DNA of 64,000 nt from an uncultured Gammaproteobacteria bacterium (lineage in GTDB: Bacteria; Patescibacteriota; Patescibacteriia; Magasanikbacterales; GWA2-37-8), in assembly GCA_964407865.1 (NCBI GenBank), contig CAYOXC010000002.1:38978-102977 (forward strand), in the 5' to 3' direction. Made by a program: the position numbers and the translations under genes. Positions 45,174-53,735 of the stretch are shown in pieces. How positions within the stretch are numbered: the stretch's first letter is position 1; each line of letters opens with the position of its first letter. The notes beneath the pieces are model-generated. The model did no database searches, was not told where the DNA came from, and saw only the letters and a list, made by a program, of their open reading frames with translations.

Positions 45174-48100
45174 ATGTTAACCACTGCCGCAACTCCAATT
45201 CACGAAACAAACAACGACTTTCGTTATAATTCTGAAAAAGGATTAAAATTTAGCCGCTTTTTTTCGCGTGACGATGTTTCTCCGTTTGATCAATTTGAAT
45301 ATGAATATCGCAGTTCAATCATACGCGAACCATCGGGAAAAATTATTTTTGAAATGAAAGAAGTTGAGGTGCCAAAGACTTGGTCTCAGGTAGCGACAGA
45401 TATTCTGGCTCAAAAATATTTTCGTAAAGCAGGTACGCCTCAATTTAATTCTGATGGAACGCCAAAAATTGGCGTTGATGGCAAGCAAATTACCGGTGCT
45501 GAATCCAGTATAAAGCAGGTAGCCCATCGCTTGGCTGGAACTTGGAGGTGGTGGGGTGAAAAATATGGTTATTTTGCATCAGCAGAAGATGCGCAGATAT
45601 TTTATGACGAATTGATTTACATGCTTATTGGCCAGGTTGTCGCTCCAAATTCTCCGCAGTGGTTTAATACTGGGTTATGGTGGGCCTACGGCATTAACGG
45701 TCCGGCGCAGGGTCATTATTATGTTGATCCTGACTCTGAAGAAATAAAAAGGTCTGAAGATGCTTATACCAGGCCTCAGCCTCACGCTTGTTTTATTCAA
45801 TCCATAAAAGACGACCTGGTAAATGAAGGCGGTATAATGGATTTATGGGTAAGAGAAGCGCGACTTTTTAAATATGGCAGCGGTACGGGAACAAATTTTT
45901 CTAATCTTAGAGGCAGGGGGGAGAAATTGGCTGGCGGAGGAACTTCGTCGGGACTGATGAGTTGGCTTAAAATAGGAGATAGATCAGCCGGGGCGATAAA
46001 ATCTGGAGGTACCACCAGACGAGCAGCTAAAATGGTAATTTTAAATGTTGATCACCCGGATGTTGAAGAGTTTATTGACTGGAAAGTGACAGAAGAAAAA
46101 AAGGTTGCGGCATTGGTTGCTGCTGGTTATGACACAGCCTACGAAGGCGAGGCTTACCAGACGGTTTCCGGGCAAAATTCAAATAATACAGTTAGAGTGA
46201 CACAGGATTTCATGAAGGCGATCGAAGATGATACTAACTGGAATCTTGTTGCCCGGACCAACCAAGAGACAATAAAGACTTTAAAAGCTAGAGAGCTTTG
46301 GGATAAGATCGTGAAGGCTGCCTGGAGTTGCGCTGACCCAGGATTGCAATTTGACACAACCATAAATGATTGGAACACATGCCCTAGGTCAGGGCGAATC
46401 AATGCTTCAAATCCGTGTAGCGAGTACATGTTTTTGGATGATACGGCATGCAATTTGGCTTCAATTAATTTAGGCCATTTTTATGATTTAGAAAATAGAA
46501 ATTTTGACATTAATGGCTTTAGGTACACGGCTAGAATTTGGACTGTGATATTGGAGCTTAGTGTACTGATGGCACAATTTCCAAGCAAGGAAATTGCTGA
46601 AAATAGTTATAAATTTCGTACTTTAGGTTTGGGTTATGCAAATATCGGATCTGTAATTATGACTGCTGGGATGGCTTATGATTCGGCTGAGGCGCGCGGT
46701 TTTGCAGCAACCATTACTTCTATCATGACAGCTGAGGCTTATGCCACGTCAGCAGAGATGTCGGCGCTTCTCGGGCCTTTTTCTGAATACCAGTTAAATA
46801 TTGAGGAGATGCTTCGCGTAATCAGAAATCATCGCCGGGCTGCTTATAACGCTAGCCCTGAGGAATATGAGCGCCTTTCAGTAGCACCAGAAGGAATAGA
46901 TCCTAAATATGCGCCAGATTACCTTGTGGCTGCGGCTCGGGAGTCTTGGGATAAAGCGCTTATTTGGGGTGAGAGGTTTGGCTATCACAACGCTCAGGTA
47001 ACTGTATTGGCACCAACCGGAACAATCGGACTTTTAATGGACTGCGCCACTACAGGCGTTGAGCCAGATTTTTCTTTAGTAAAATTTAAAAAATTGGCTG
47101 GCGGAGGATATTTTAAAATTGTAAACGAAGCCGTGCCTACTGCTTTGCGCGCTTTAGGTTATAACGATGAACAGATTACGGATATTGAAAATTATATGAC
47201 TGGTTACGGCACCCTTAAGGGCGCTCCAGGAATAAATCATGAATCATTAATGGAAAAAGGTTTTACTAGTGATGATTTGGTAAAAGTTGAACAGGCTTTG
47301 TCCGGCGCATTTGAAATTAGTTATGTCTTTAATGTTTATACGCTGGGCGAAGATTGTTTGAAGCGTCTCGGTTTTACTTTGGAACAAGTGAATGATTCGA
47401 GTTTTAATTTGTTGAAAGCCTTGGGTTTTACCAATGAGCAAATTGGAGCAGCCAATGATTTTGTTCTTGGTGCGATGACTATTGAAGGAGCGCCGCATTT
47501 GAAACAAAGTGATTATCCGGTTTTTGATACAGCCAACAGAAACGGAAAGAAAGGCCAAAGATATATTGAGTATCTTGGCCATATTCGCATGATGGCTGCG
47601 GTTCAGCCGTTTTTGTCTGGTGCAATTTCCAAAACGATAAACATGCCAAATGAATCTACCGAGGAGGATGTTAAGACTGCCTATCTCACATCTTGGAAGT
47701 TAGGGTTAAAAGCAAATGCTATATACAGGGACGGCTGTAAAATGTCTCAGCCGTTATCCAGTAAAACAAAAGAAGACAAAAAAGAAGAAGAGGCAGAAAC
47801 ACCGTCTTCCGAGAAAAAAACTGGACCAAGCGTTGCGTCTTCTTCGGGTGAACAAGGAGAGCTTATTCCAAATATATTTACGATTTCCAGCGAGAGTGAA
47901 TCTGTTTTAAATCAAATTGTTGATGAGGCCAGAGTTCAGATAAATTATGCGCACGACGGAACCGCGGCCGGCACGAGAATATACATTCACGGCGAGCAGC
48001 GCCAGCTTCCATATAAAAGAAGCGGCTTAACAGTCAAGGTTAAGGTAATGGGTCAGACAGTATTTCTGCGGACCGGCGAATATCCCGATGGGAAACTTGG

Positions 48101-48686
48101 CGAAATATTTATAGATATGTATAAAGAAGGCGCGGCTTTCCGAAGTTTATTAAATTTATTTGCCATATCAATTTCCATCGGTCTTCAGTATGGCGTACCT
48201 TTGGAGGATTATGTTAATAAGTTTACCTTTACCAGATTTGAACCAGCCGGCATGACCGATCACCCAAATATTAAATTTTGCACCTCTGTAATTGATTTGG
48301 TTTTTAGAATTTTGGGCATGGAGTATTTAGGTAGGATGGATTTTGTTCAAGTTAAACCGAAAGGCATTCAAAAAAACAGAGCGGAACAACTCTCGCGCGT
48401 TATTGCTGAAGCATCACACCAGCCGCTTTTGACGCTTCCTGCTAAAACAGACGATGATATTGAAAAGGAAAAATTAATGATAAAGGATAGGGAATTACGC
48501 AAGCAATACAACACAGAGAAGGAAAGTGTTGAAAAGCCGGCAGAACCCGCGATCTCTTCAGCTCAGGCACAGCTTACCGGTATGATGGGCGATGCGCCGC
48601 CTTGTCCGACTTGCGGGCATATTACCATTAGAAACGGCAGTTGTTATAAGTGCTTGAATTGTGGCTCAACGACTGGCTGTTCATAG
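45174..48686 (+). CDS. nrdJ: Class II (adenosylcobalamin-dependent) ribonucleotide reductase NrdJ, long form with C-terminal Zn ribbon
   Basis: NPCSEY active site, C-terminal CPTCG..CLNCG. Start moved downstream of a TATAAT at 45135-45140. Confidence 0.85.
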   Translation: MLTTAATPIHETNNDFRYNSEKGLKFSRFFSRDDVSPFDQFEYEYRSSIIREPSGKIIFEMKEVEVPKTWSQVATDILAQKYFRKAGTPQFNSDGTPKIGVDGKQITGAESSIKQVAHRLAGTWRWWGEKYGYFASAEDAQIFYDELIYMLIGQVVAPNSPQWFNTGLWWAYGINGPAQGHYYVDPDSEEIKRSEDAYTRPQPHACFIQSIKDDLVNEGGIMDLWVREARLFKYGSGTGTNFSNLRGRGEKLAGGGTSSGLMSWLKIGDRSAGAIKSGGTTRRAAKMVILNVDHPDVEEFIDWKVTEEKKVAALVAAGYDTAYEGEAYQTVSGQNSNNTVRVTQDFMKAIEDDTNWNLVARTNQETIKTLKARELWDKIVKAAWSCADPGLQFDTTINDWNTCPRSGRINASNPCSEYMFLDDTACNLASINLGHFYDLENRNFDINGFRYTARIWTVILELSVLMAQFPSKEIAENSYKFRTLGLGYANIGSVIMTAGMAYDSAEARGFAATITSIMTAEAYATSAEMSALLGPFSEYQLNIEEMLRVIRNHRRAAYNASPEEYERLSVAPEGIDPKYAPDYLVAAARESWDKALIWGERFGYHNAQVTVLAPTGTIGLLMDCATTGVEPDFSLVKFKKLAGGGYFKIVNEAVPTALRALGYNDEQITDIENYMTGYGTLKGAPGINHESLMEKGFTSDDLVKVEQALSGAFEISYVFNVYTLGEDCLKRLGFTLEQVNDSSFNLLKALGFTNEQIGAANDFVLGAMTIEGAPHLKQSDYPVFDTANRNGKKGQRYIEYLGHIRMMAAVQPFLSGAISKTINMPNESTEEDVKTAYLTSWKLGLKANAIYRDGCKMSQPLSSKTKEDKKEEEAETPSSEKKTGPSVASSSGEQGELIPNIFTISSESESVLNQIVDEARVQINYAHDGTAAGTRIYIHGEQRQLPYKRSGLTVKVKVMGQTVFLRTGEYPDGKLGEIFIDMYKEGAAFRSLLNLFAISISIGLQYGVPLEDYVNKFTFTRFEPAGMTDHPNIKFCTSVIDLVFRILGMEYLGRMDFVQVKPKGIQKNRAEQLSRVIAEASHQPLLTLPAKTDDDIEKEKLMIKDRELRKQYNTEKESVEKPAEPAISSAQAQLTGMMGDAPPCPTCGHITIRNGSCYKCLNCGSTTGCS

Positions 48687-48727
48687 AAAAAATATCAAAT
48701 TTATTTCTGAAAGTTGATATACTGGGT

Positions 48728-49285
48728 ATGGTAAAAATTTATACAAAAACTGGAGATGCTGGCGAGAGTGGGCTTGTTGGCGGTAAGAGAGCAAAAAAAG
48801 ACGACCAGATTTTTTGGGTAATAGGCACGCTCGATGAATTGAATGCCTTGCTCGGTGTTTCAGAAATCGAAATTAAAAATATCAATAATTCAGATTTTGA
48901 GGCACTTGTTAGTGCTATTAGAAAAGTTCAGCGTGATTTATTTCAAATTGGATCAGAGATTACTTCGCTTCATCAAAATAGTCAGTTGGAAAATATAATA
49001 AGCGCTGAGCACATCTCTGATTTTGAAAATCAAATAGACAATTGGTCAAATATTTTGCCCGAGCTTAATAGTTTTATTTTTCCAGGAGGCAGTAAAAGCA
49101 GTGCGATTTTACACCAGGCTCGTACAGTCTGTCGCCGTGCTGAAAGGGAATTGGTAGCTTTGGGCAAAGAAATGGAGCTTCGTGCGGAATTATATTCTTA
49201 TTTAAATCGTTTGAGTGATTGGCTGTTTACTGCTGCTCGGTATGTAAATGTGCTAGTAGATGAAGTAGAAAATAAAAAAGAATAA
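48728..49285 (+). CDS. PduO-type ATP:cob(I)alamin adenosyltransferase
   Basis: N-terminal (K)IYTKTGDAGESGL motif typical of the PduO/MMAB family. Confidence 0.75.
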   Translation: MVKIYTKTGDAGESGLVGGKRAKKDDQIFWVIGTLDELNALLGVSEIEIKNINNSDFEALVSAIRKVQRDLFQIGSEITSLHQNSQLENIISAEHISDFENQIDNWSNILPELNSFIFPGGSKSSAILHQARTVCRRAERELVALGKEMELRAELYSYLNRLSDWLFTAARYVNVLVDEVENKKE

Positions 49286-49295
49286 TATTATAATT

Positions 49296-49328
49296 AAAAA
49301 ACCCCGACCTTAAGTCGGGGTTTTTTTA
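49296..49328. terminator. Bidirectional terminator
   Basis: CCCCGAC-CTTAA-GTCGGGG stem with flanking A-run and T-run. Confidence 0.75.
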
Positions 49329-50312
49329 TAATAGTTTTCTTGGTTTAACTTTGGGGAATTTAGCGATAAGTTTTTCGATTTGTTTTTTGTTTAAGAGGCC
49401 ATTTTGCGGACCAAAGTTAGAGACAACCGATGTGCTGTTGGCGGTACCCCAAATAAGGGCATGGCGAATGTCGTGATCGAAAAAGCGCGCCGCTAGGTAA
49501 CCGGCAGAAAAAGAATCGCCAGCACCGGTTTTGGACACAACAGGTACCGGATATATACCGACATGCCATATTTCATCTTCATCGCCGGCATAAGCTCCGC
49601 GTTCGGCATCAGTGATAACCACTTCACGCACTCCCATGTTAAGTAGTTTATGAATCAATGCTTCTATGGTTTTTAATTTTTTCAAAGTCGCACCGGCAAT
49701 TTTTTCAGCTTCTTCTAGATTCACAAAAAGCAACTCTGCTTTAGGAATTATTTCTTTTATTCGATTCATGCCATTTTTTAGTTGAAATGAACCTGGATTA
49801 TAGGCAAGCTTGGCGCTTTTGAATTGTTCTAAATATTCAATAAGTTCATCTTGGAGCGGTTCAAAACCATCGCTTAAGCTGGTGAAGTATATCCAATCAG
49901 TCGGAGGAAATTTTTTTGGCCAGCGATATGAGCGTTTTTCATGAAATGATAGAATTGTTCTTTCGCCGCGAAAGTTTAAGACAATCGAATAGCGCGTTTT
50001 TGCTTTTGGATCGCGTTCAACAAGAGATGTGTCAACGTTATTTTTTTTCAATTCTTGAACCACCAGTCGTCCGTTGGAATCTTTACCGAGCGAAGTTAAA
50101 ATAGCGGTTTTTAAACCCAGGCGAGCGGTACCGCAAGCTAGATTTGCCGCGTTGCCTCCGAGGGACTGGAAACTGCCTGTAATAGGGATTTTACTGGCAT
50201 AATCCAAGCAAAGACGACATTTTTGCGTGTCCATATCGCACTCCATGCTGGCACTATTGATATTAACGTGAGTATCTATAACCGCATCGCCGATAGTGAT
50301 GATGTCGTACAT
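49326..50312 (-). CDS. PfkB-family carbohydrate/nucleoside kinase
   Basis: GG dipeptide near the N-terminus and the TGAGDSF anion-hole motif. Confidence 0.75.
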   Translation of the reverse strand: MYDIITIGDAVIDTHVNINSASMECDMDTQKCRLCLDYASKIPITGSFQSLGGNAANLACGTARLGLKTAILTSLGKDSNGRLVVQELKKNNVDTSLVERDPKAKTRYSIVLNFRGERTILSFHEKRSYRWPKKFPPTDWIYFTSLSDGFEPLQDELIEYLEQFKSAKLAYNPGSFQLKNGMNRIKEIIPKAELLFVNLEEAEKIAGATLKKLKTIEALIHKLLNMGVREVVITDAERGAYAGDEDEIWHVGIYPVPVVSKTGAGDSFSAGYLAARFFDHDIRHALIWGTANSTSVVSNFGPQNGLLNKKQIEKLIAKFPKVKPRKLL

Positions 50313-50321
50313 AAATATTAT

Positions 50322-50636
50322 TTATTTTGTTTCAGGATGGTTGTGTTTAGCTATCTGTCCGCTGACGGGGTGGCGACCAAGGATAATTTCGATAAGTTCA
50401 ACAAAGCTAGCGACAAAAAAGCCACCCATGGCAATGGCGAAAATCGCATTGCTTATCCAGAGGGCATAAACAAACAAACAAGCAGAGCCTATAACAAAAA
50501 CAGCGTCCTGTCGTCGTTCTGCTTCAAGAAAGATGCCGTAAATTAACATAATAATTCCGAGAATTGCCACAATATTAACTATTGTTTCTATCGGCGTCCA
50601 AGGCAGACCGGGAAATAGATTGGCTAATGGACCCAT
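50322..50636 (-). CDS. Small membrane protein (3 TM)
   Basis: Hydrophobic 104-aa ORF. Confidence 0.4.
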   Translation of the reverse strand: MGPLANLFPGLPWTPIETIVNIVAILGIIMLIYGIFLEAERRQDAVFVIGSACLFVYALWISNAIFAIAMGGFFVASFVELIEIILGRHPVSGQIAKHNHPETK

Positions 50637-50659
50637 AAAATTAAATATTTAAAAATTAA

Positions 50660-51601
50660 TTATTTCCATTTGTTTATATATTCAATAGCAGCTAAAGCGG
50701 CAGTAATGCCTTGTCCAGCGGCGATTCCAATTTGTTTGAAAGGTGTATTAGTAACATCGCCGGCAGCAAAAATACCCGGAATAGAAGTTTGGCATTTTTG
50801 GTCAACGATAATTTGGCCGAATTTATCTTTATCCACATTTGTCATAAATTGCGAATTAGGAATCATGCCAACATGTATCATAATTCCTTGTACATTGAGT
50901 TCATGTTCACCGGTTAAATCACGATATTTTAATCCTTTAACCGCTGTATCTCCGACAATCTCAAAAGTGTTCGCGTTGTATAAAATTTCAACATTAGGCA
51001 AAGATTTAACTTTTTCTATTAAGACATCTTCGCCTGTTGGAAATCCAAATTTTTTTTCTGGAGCGTTAGGTTCTATGGTGAGAAGGTAGACTTTAGTGGC
51101 GATATCACTCATCATAATAGCTGACTCTAAAGCTGAGTTTCCTCCGCCAATAGTTGCAGTAATTTTATTTTTAAAAAGCGGCCCGTCGCAAACGGTACAG
51201 TAAGTTACGCCTTTGCGTGAAAAATTTTCTTCGCCGGGGATTTTAAGATGTCTCGGATGTATACCCGTTGTTATTACCACCGCTTTAGCATCATAGGTTT
51301 TTTCTTCTCCAGTAGCATTTTTACAGATTACTTCAAAATAATTATCTTTTTTTCTAACATCATCAGCTTTGTAACCTTCGTCAATTTCAACCCCGTAAGA
51401 TTTTACATGTTCAGCAAATTGCTGGGCTAGTTCAAATCCTTGGATATTTTTTATCCCAGGCCAATTACCAACTTCTCCAGCCAAGGCCACCTCGCCGCCG
51501 ATATTGTCAGTAACTATTTTAAAATTAAGTTTGCGCCTAGCCGCGTATATGGCGGCGCTTGATCCAGCCGCAGAAGCACCGATAATAAGTAAGTCTAACA
51601 T
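50660..51601 (-). CDS. trxB: Thioredoxin-disulfide reductase-like flavoprotein
   Basis: FAD GxGxxG, redox CTVC dithiol, GGGNSALE NADPH site, C-terminal AAGDV. Confidence 0.75.
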   Translation of the reverse strand: MLDLLIIGASAAGSSAAIYAARRKLNFKIVTDNIGGEVALAGEVGNWPGIKNIQGFELAQQFAEHVKSYGVEIDEGYKADDVRKKDNYFEVICKNATGEEKTYDAKAVVITTGIHPRHLKIPGEENFSRKGVTYCTVCDGPLFKNKITATIGGGNSALESAIMMSDIATKVYLLTIEPNAPEKKFGFPTGEDVLIEKVKSLPNVEILYNANTFEIVGDTAVKGLKYRDLTGEHELNVQGIMIHVGMIPNSQFMTNVDKDKFGQIIVDQKCQTSIPGIFAAGDVTNTPFKQIGIAAGQGITAALAAIEYINKWK

Positions 51602-52236
51602 AGTTTAGAATTTAGTGATTTATATGCGCTTTCAACATCGTCAGCTTGTGTCAGAGCGCTTCCTATACAGAATATTTCTACTCCCCATGATTGAATTTCA
51701 GCAATATTATTTTCGTTTATACCGCCGTCAACCGCAATAATCGGTCGAACAGAACGCCTGGTGAGCTCTTTAACTTTTTCACCTACTTCTGGCTGAAAAG
51801 GGTTGCCTTGGTGTCCAGGGTTGACTGCCAAAAAAAGTACTTCATTAATACGCTCTAAATATGGTTCAATGGCAGACAGCGGTGTTTCAGGTTTTAAGGC
51901 GATTCCCGCTTTTGAGCAGATTCCTGTGATAGTACTAATTGTTTCATTGGGATTATCTTTTGATTCAATATGAAATATGATTTTTTTTATATTTTTTATA
52001 TCCCTCCATTTTTCTATTTCCGCAATAGGATTCTCAACCATCAAATGAAGTTCCAGCTCAGGAAGATTATCAATTTCGTTTATTTTTTCAATTTCATCAA
52101 ATGACTTATTGTCCACAAATATGCCATCCATTACGTCTATTTGAATCAGTTTAAAAACAGGCGATAATTTTTGAATTTGCATTTTAAATTCTTCAAAAGT
52201 CGGAACTAATATTGTTGGGACTATTATCGAGGTCAT
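51595..52236 (-). CDS. rpe: Ribulose-phosphate 3-epimerase
   Basis: IDVMDGIFV and HLMVENP motifs. Confidence 0.7.
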   Translation of the reverse strand: MTSIIVPTILVPTFEEFKMQIQKLSPVFKLIQIDVMDGIFVDNKSFDEIEKINEIDNLPELELHLMVENPIAEIEKWRDIKNIKKIIFHIESKDNPNETISTITGICSKAGIALKPETPLSAIEPYLERINEVLFLAVNPGHQGNPFQPEVGEKVKELTRRSVRPIIAVDGGINENNIAEIQSWGVEIFCIGSALTQADDVESAYKSLNSKLC

Positions 52237-52238
52237 AT

Positions 52239-52682
52239 TTATTTTTCCAATTCAGTAATTTTGTTATTGCGTCTGATGTATCGCTCTTCTTTTTTAAATT
52301 CGGTTTCTATAAATTTTTTTACGATCGCCTGTCCGTGGTCTTTTGAAATTATCCTGCCGGCTAAGCATAGAATATTGGCGTCATTATGCTGGCGTCCCAA
52401 TTCAGCGCCTTGTATGGAATAACCAACAATGGCCCGTATCCCATTCACTTTGTTGGCGGCCATGCACATGCCGTGACCGGTGCCGCAAATTAATATGCCA
52501 AGGTCATTTTTTTTGGTTGCAACTTTTTTGGCCGCCAAAGCCGCATAGTCAACAAAATCGTCCTTTTCATCATACTTTTCCGGGCCAAGATCGGCGACTT
52601 CTTTTTCCATCTTATTTTTTAGAAAATCAAAAAGCTCCTTTTTTAGCTGGTAGCCGGCATGGTCAGAAGCAATGTATATCAT
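52239..52682 (-). CDS. rpiB: Ribose-5-phosphate isomerase B
   Basis: IASDHAG and ICGTGHGM motifs. Confidence 0.8.
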   Translation of the reverse strand: MIYIASDHAGYQLKKELFDFLKNKMEKEVADLGPEKYDEKDDFVDYAALAAKKVATKKNDLGILICGTGHGMCMAANKVNGIRAIVGYSIQGAELGRQHNDANILCLAGRIISKDHGQAIVKKFIETEFKKEERYIRRNNKITELEK

Positions 52683-52857
52683 ATTAATTGGCTAATTAAT
52701 GCGTTTATTGTTTGGCTTATTATACCGCAAAATAATCCTAGCAGCAAATAAAAAATATTAATACCGCCTTGTGCATCTGGATTGACAAAGAGGGTAGAAA
52801 AATGTAGGGTACGATCAAAAGATAGGAGCATTGCTCTTTAACAAAGGAAGAAGACAA

Positions 52858-53412
52858 ATGACGAAAAAGGAGAAAAGCGCTAAGAATACAAAGCGAATTT
52901 TGGATATTCAGGAATTAGTCAGGAGCGCCGAAAAGCGCAAGAATGATGCCTCAATACAGATTGAAGCCAAAAATAATGAAGTCAAGGCGCTCTTTCAGCG
53001 CTTGAGAGAGATGCGGGCAAAACTTGCAGCGGCTCAAGCTGAGTACAAGAGCGCGAGAAAATTTTTGATGAATTTGGAAGGCGATACCGAAGAATATGTT
53101 TCTCATATTGCTTCTTTAATGGCAGAACTTGAAGAATTGCTTCAGCCATATGACCTAAACCTCGCTGAAATGAAAGCCAAGCTTGATGCAGAAGAAGCTA
53201 AACATATCGAACATCTGAAAGCGAATATGATGGAGCTCGGCTGGACCGAAGAGCAATGTCGAGATGCAGCCAGAAGTTACATTAGTTCGCTGCCGGATTG
53301 GACTTGGTTCGAGCAATGTAGGCTTCTAATCGAGCGCATTAGAAAATGTGAATACACGCAGCAAATGGAATTACGAACCAGCTTGCTGACAAGCGGCCTT
53401 ATCATGCCCTGA
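52858..53412 (+). CDS. Coiled-coil hypothetical protein with somewhat elevated GC
   Basis: AAGGAAGAAG RBS. Heptad-rich sequence. A terminator follows. Confidence 0.45.
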   Translation: MTKKEKSAKNTKRILDIQELVRSAEKRKNDASIQIEAKNNEVKALFQRLREMRAKLAAAQAEYKSARKFLMNLEGDTEEYVSHIASLMAELEELLQPYDLNLAEMKAKLDAEEAKHIEHLKANMMELGWTEEQCRDAARSYISSLPDWTWFEQCRLLIERIRKCEYTQQMELRTSLLTSGLIMP

Positions 53413-53443
53413 CGTGTATGCTGAAACTGTGTTCATTATCAAA

Positions 53444-53478
53444 AGAGAGCCTCCTTTAAGGAGGCTTTTTGTTTTTTT
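53444..53478 (+). terminator. Rho-independent terminator
   Basis: GCCTCC-TTTAA-GGAGGC stem plus T-run. Confidence 0.7.
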
Positions 53479-53486
53479 ACGCTATG

Positions 53487-53514
53487 TTGACAATATTGCT
53501 TGCCGTGATAGAAT
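53487..53514 (+). promoter_or_regulatory. Sigma70-like promoter (TTGACA-16-TAGAAT) for the ileS leader
   Basis: TTGACA at 53487-53492 and TAGAAT at 53509-53514. Confidence 0.5.
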
Positions 53515-53520
53515 AATAAA

Positions 53521-53735
53521 ACAATAAGAAAAGCGTTATTACTCGTTATATCAGCGGGGACCGTATGTGATTTAACATGCGACGCTAAGGGAAGAATCCA
53601 CTAGTCGGTGGATGTAGAACCCTTCGGTTCGGAGCCGTAATTTCCGGAAATTAAGGCCAGTTTGGCGAAGTCAGGATGGTACCACCTTGCGCAAAGGTTC
53701 CTGGCGTAGCGATGGCTTTTTTATTTTTTATAAAT
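53521..53735 (+). promoter_or_regulatory. Structured GC-rich leader of about 215 nt upstream of ileS; possible T-box-like riboswitch
   Basis: GGATGGTACCACC resembles the T-box GGGTGGTACCGCG. A hairpin plus T-run lies just before the ileS start. Not fully foldable by eye. Confidence 0.3.

Noticed and set aside
45174-48686. Intein inside the oversized NrdJ
   Set aside because: There are no Cys/Ser...His-Asn splice-junction pairs and no LAGLIDADG or HNH block. The extra length is low-complexity acidic linker.
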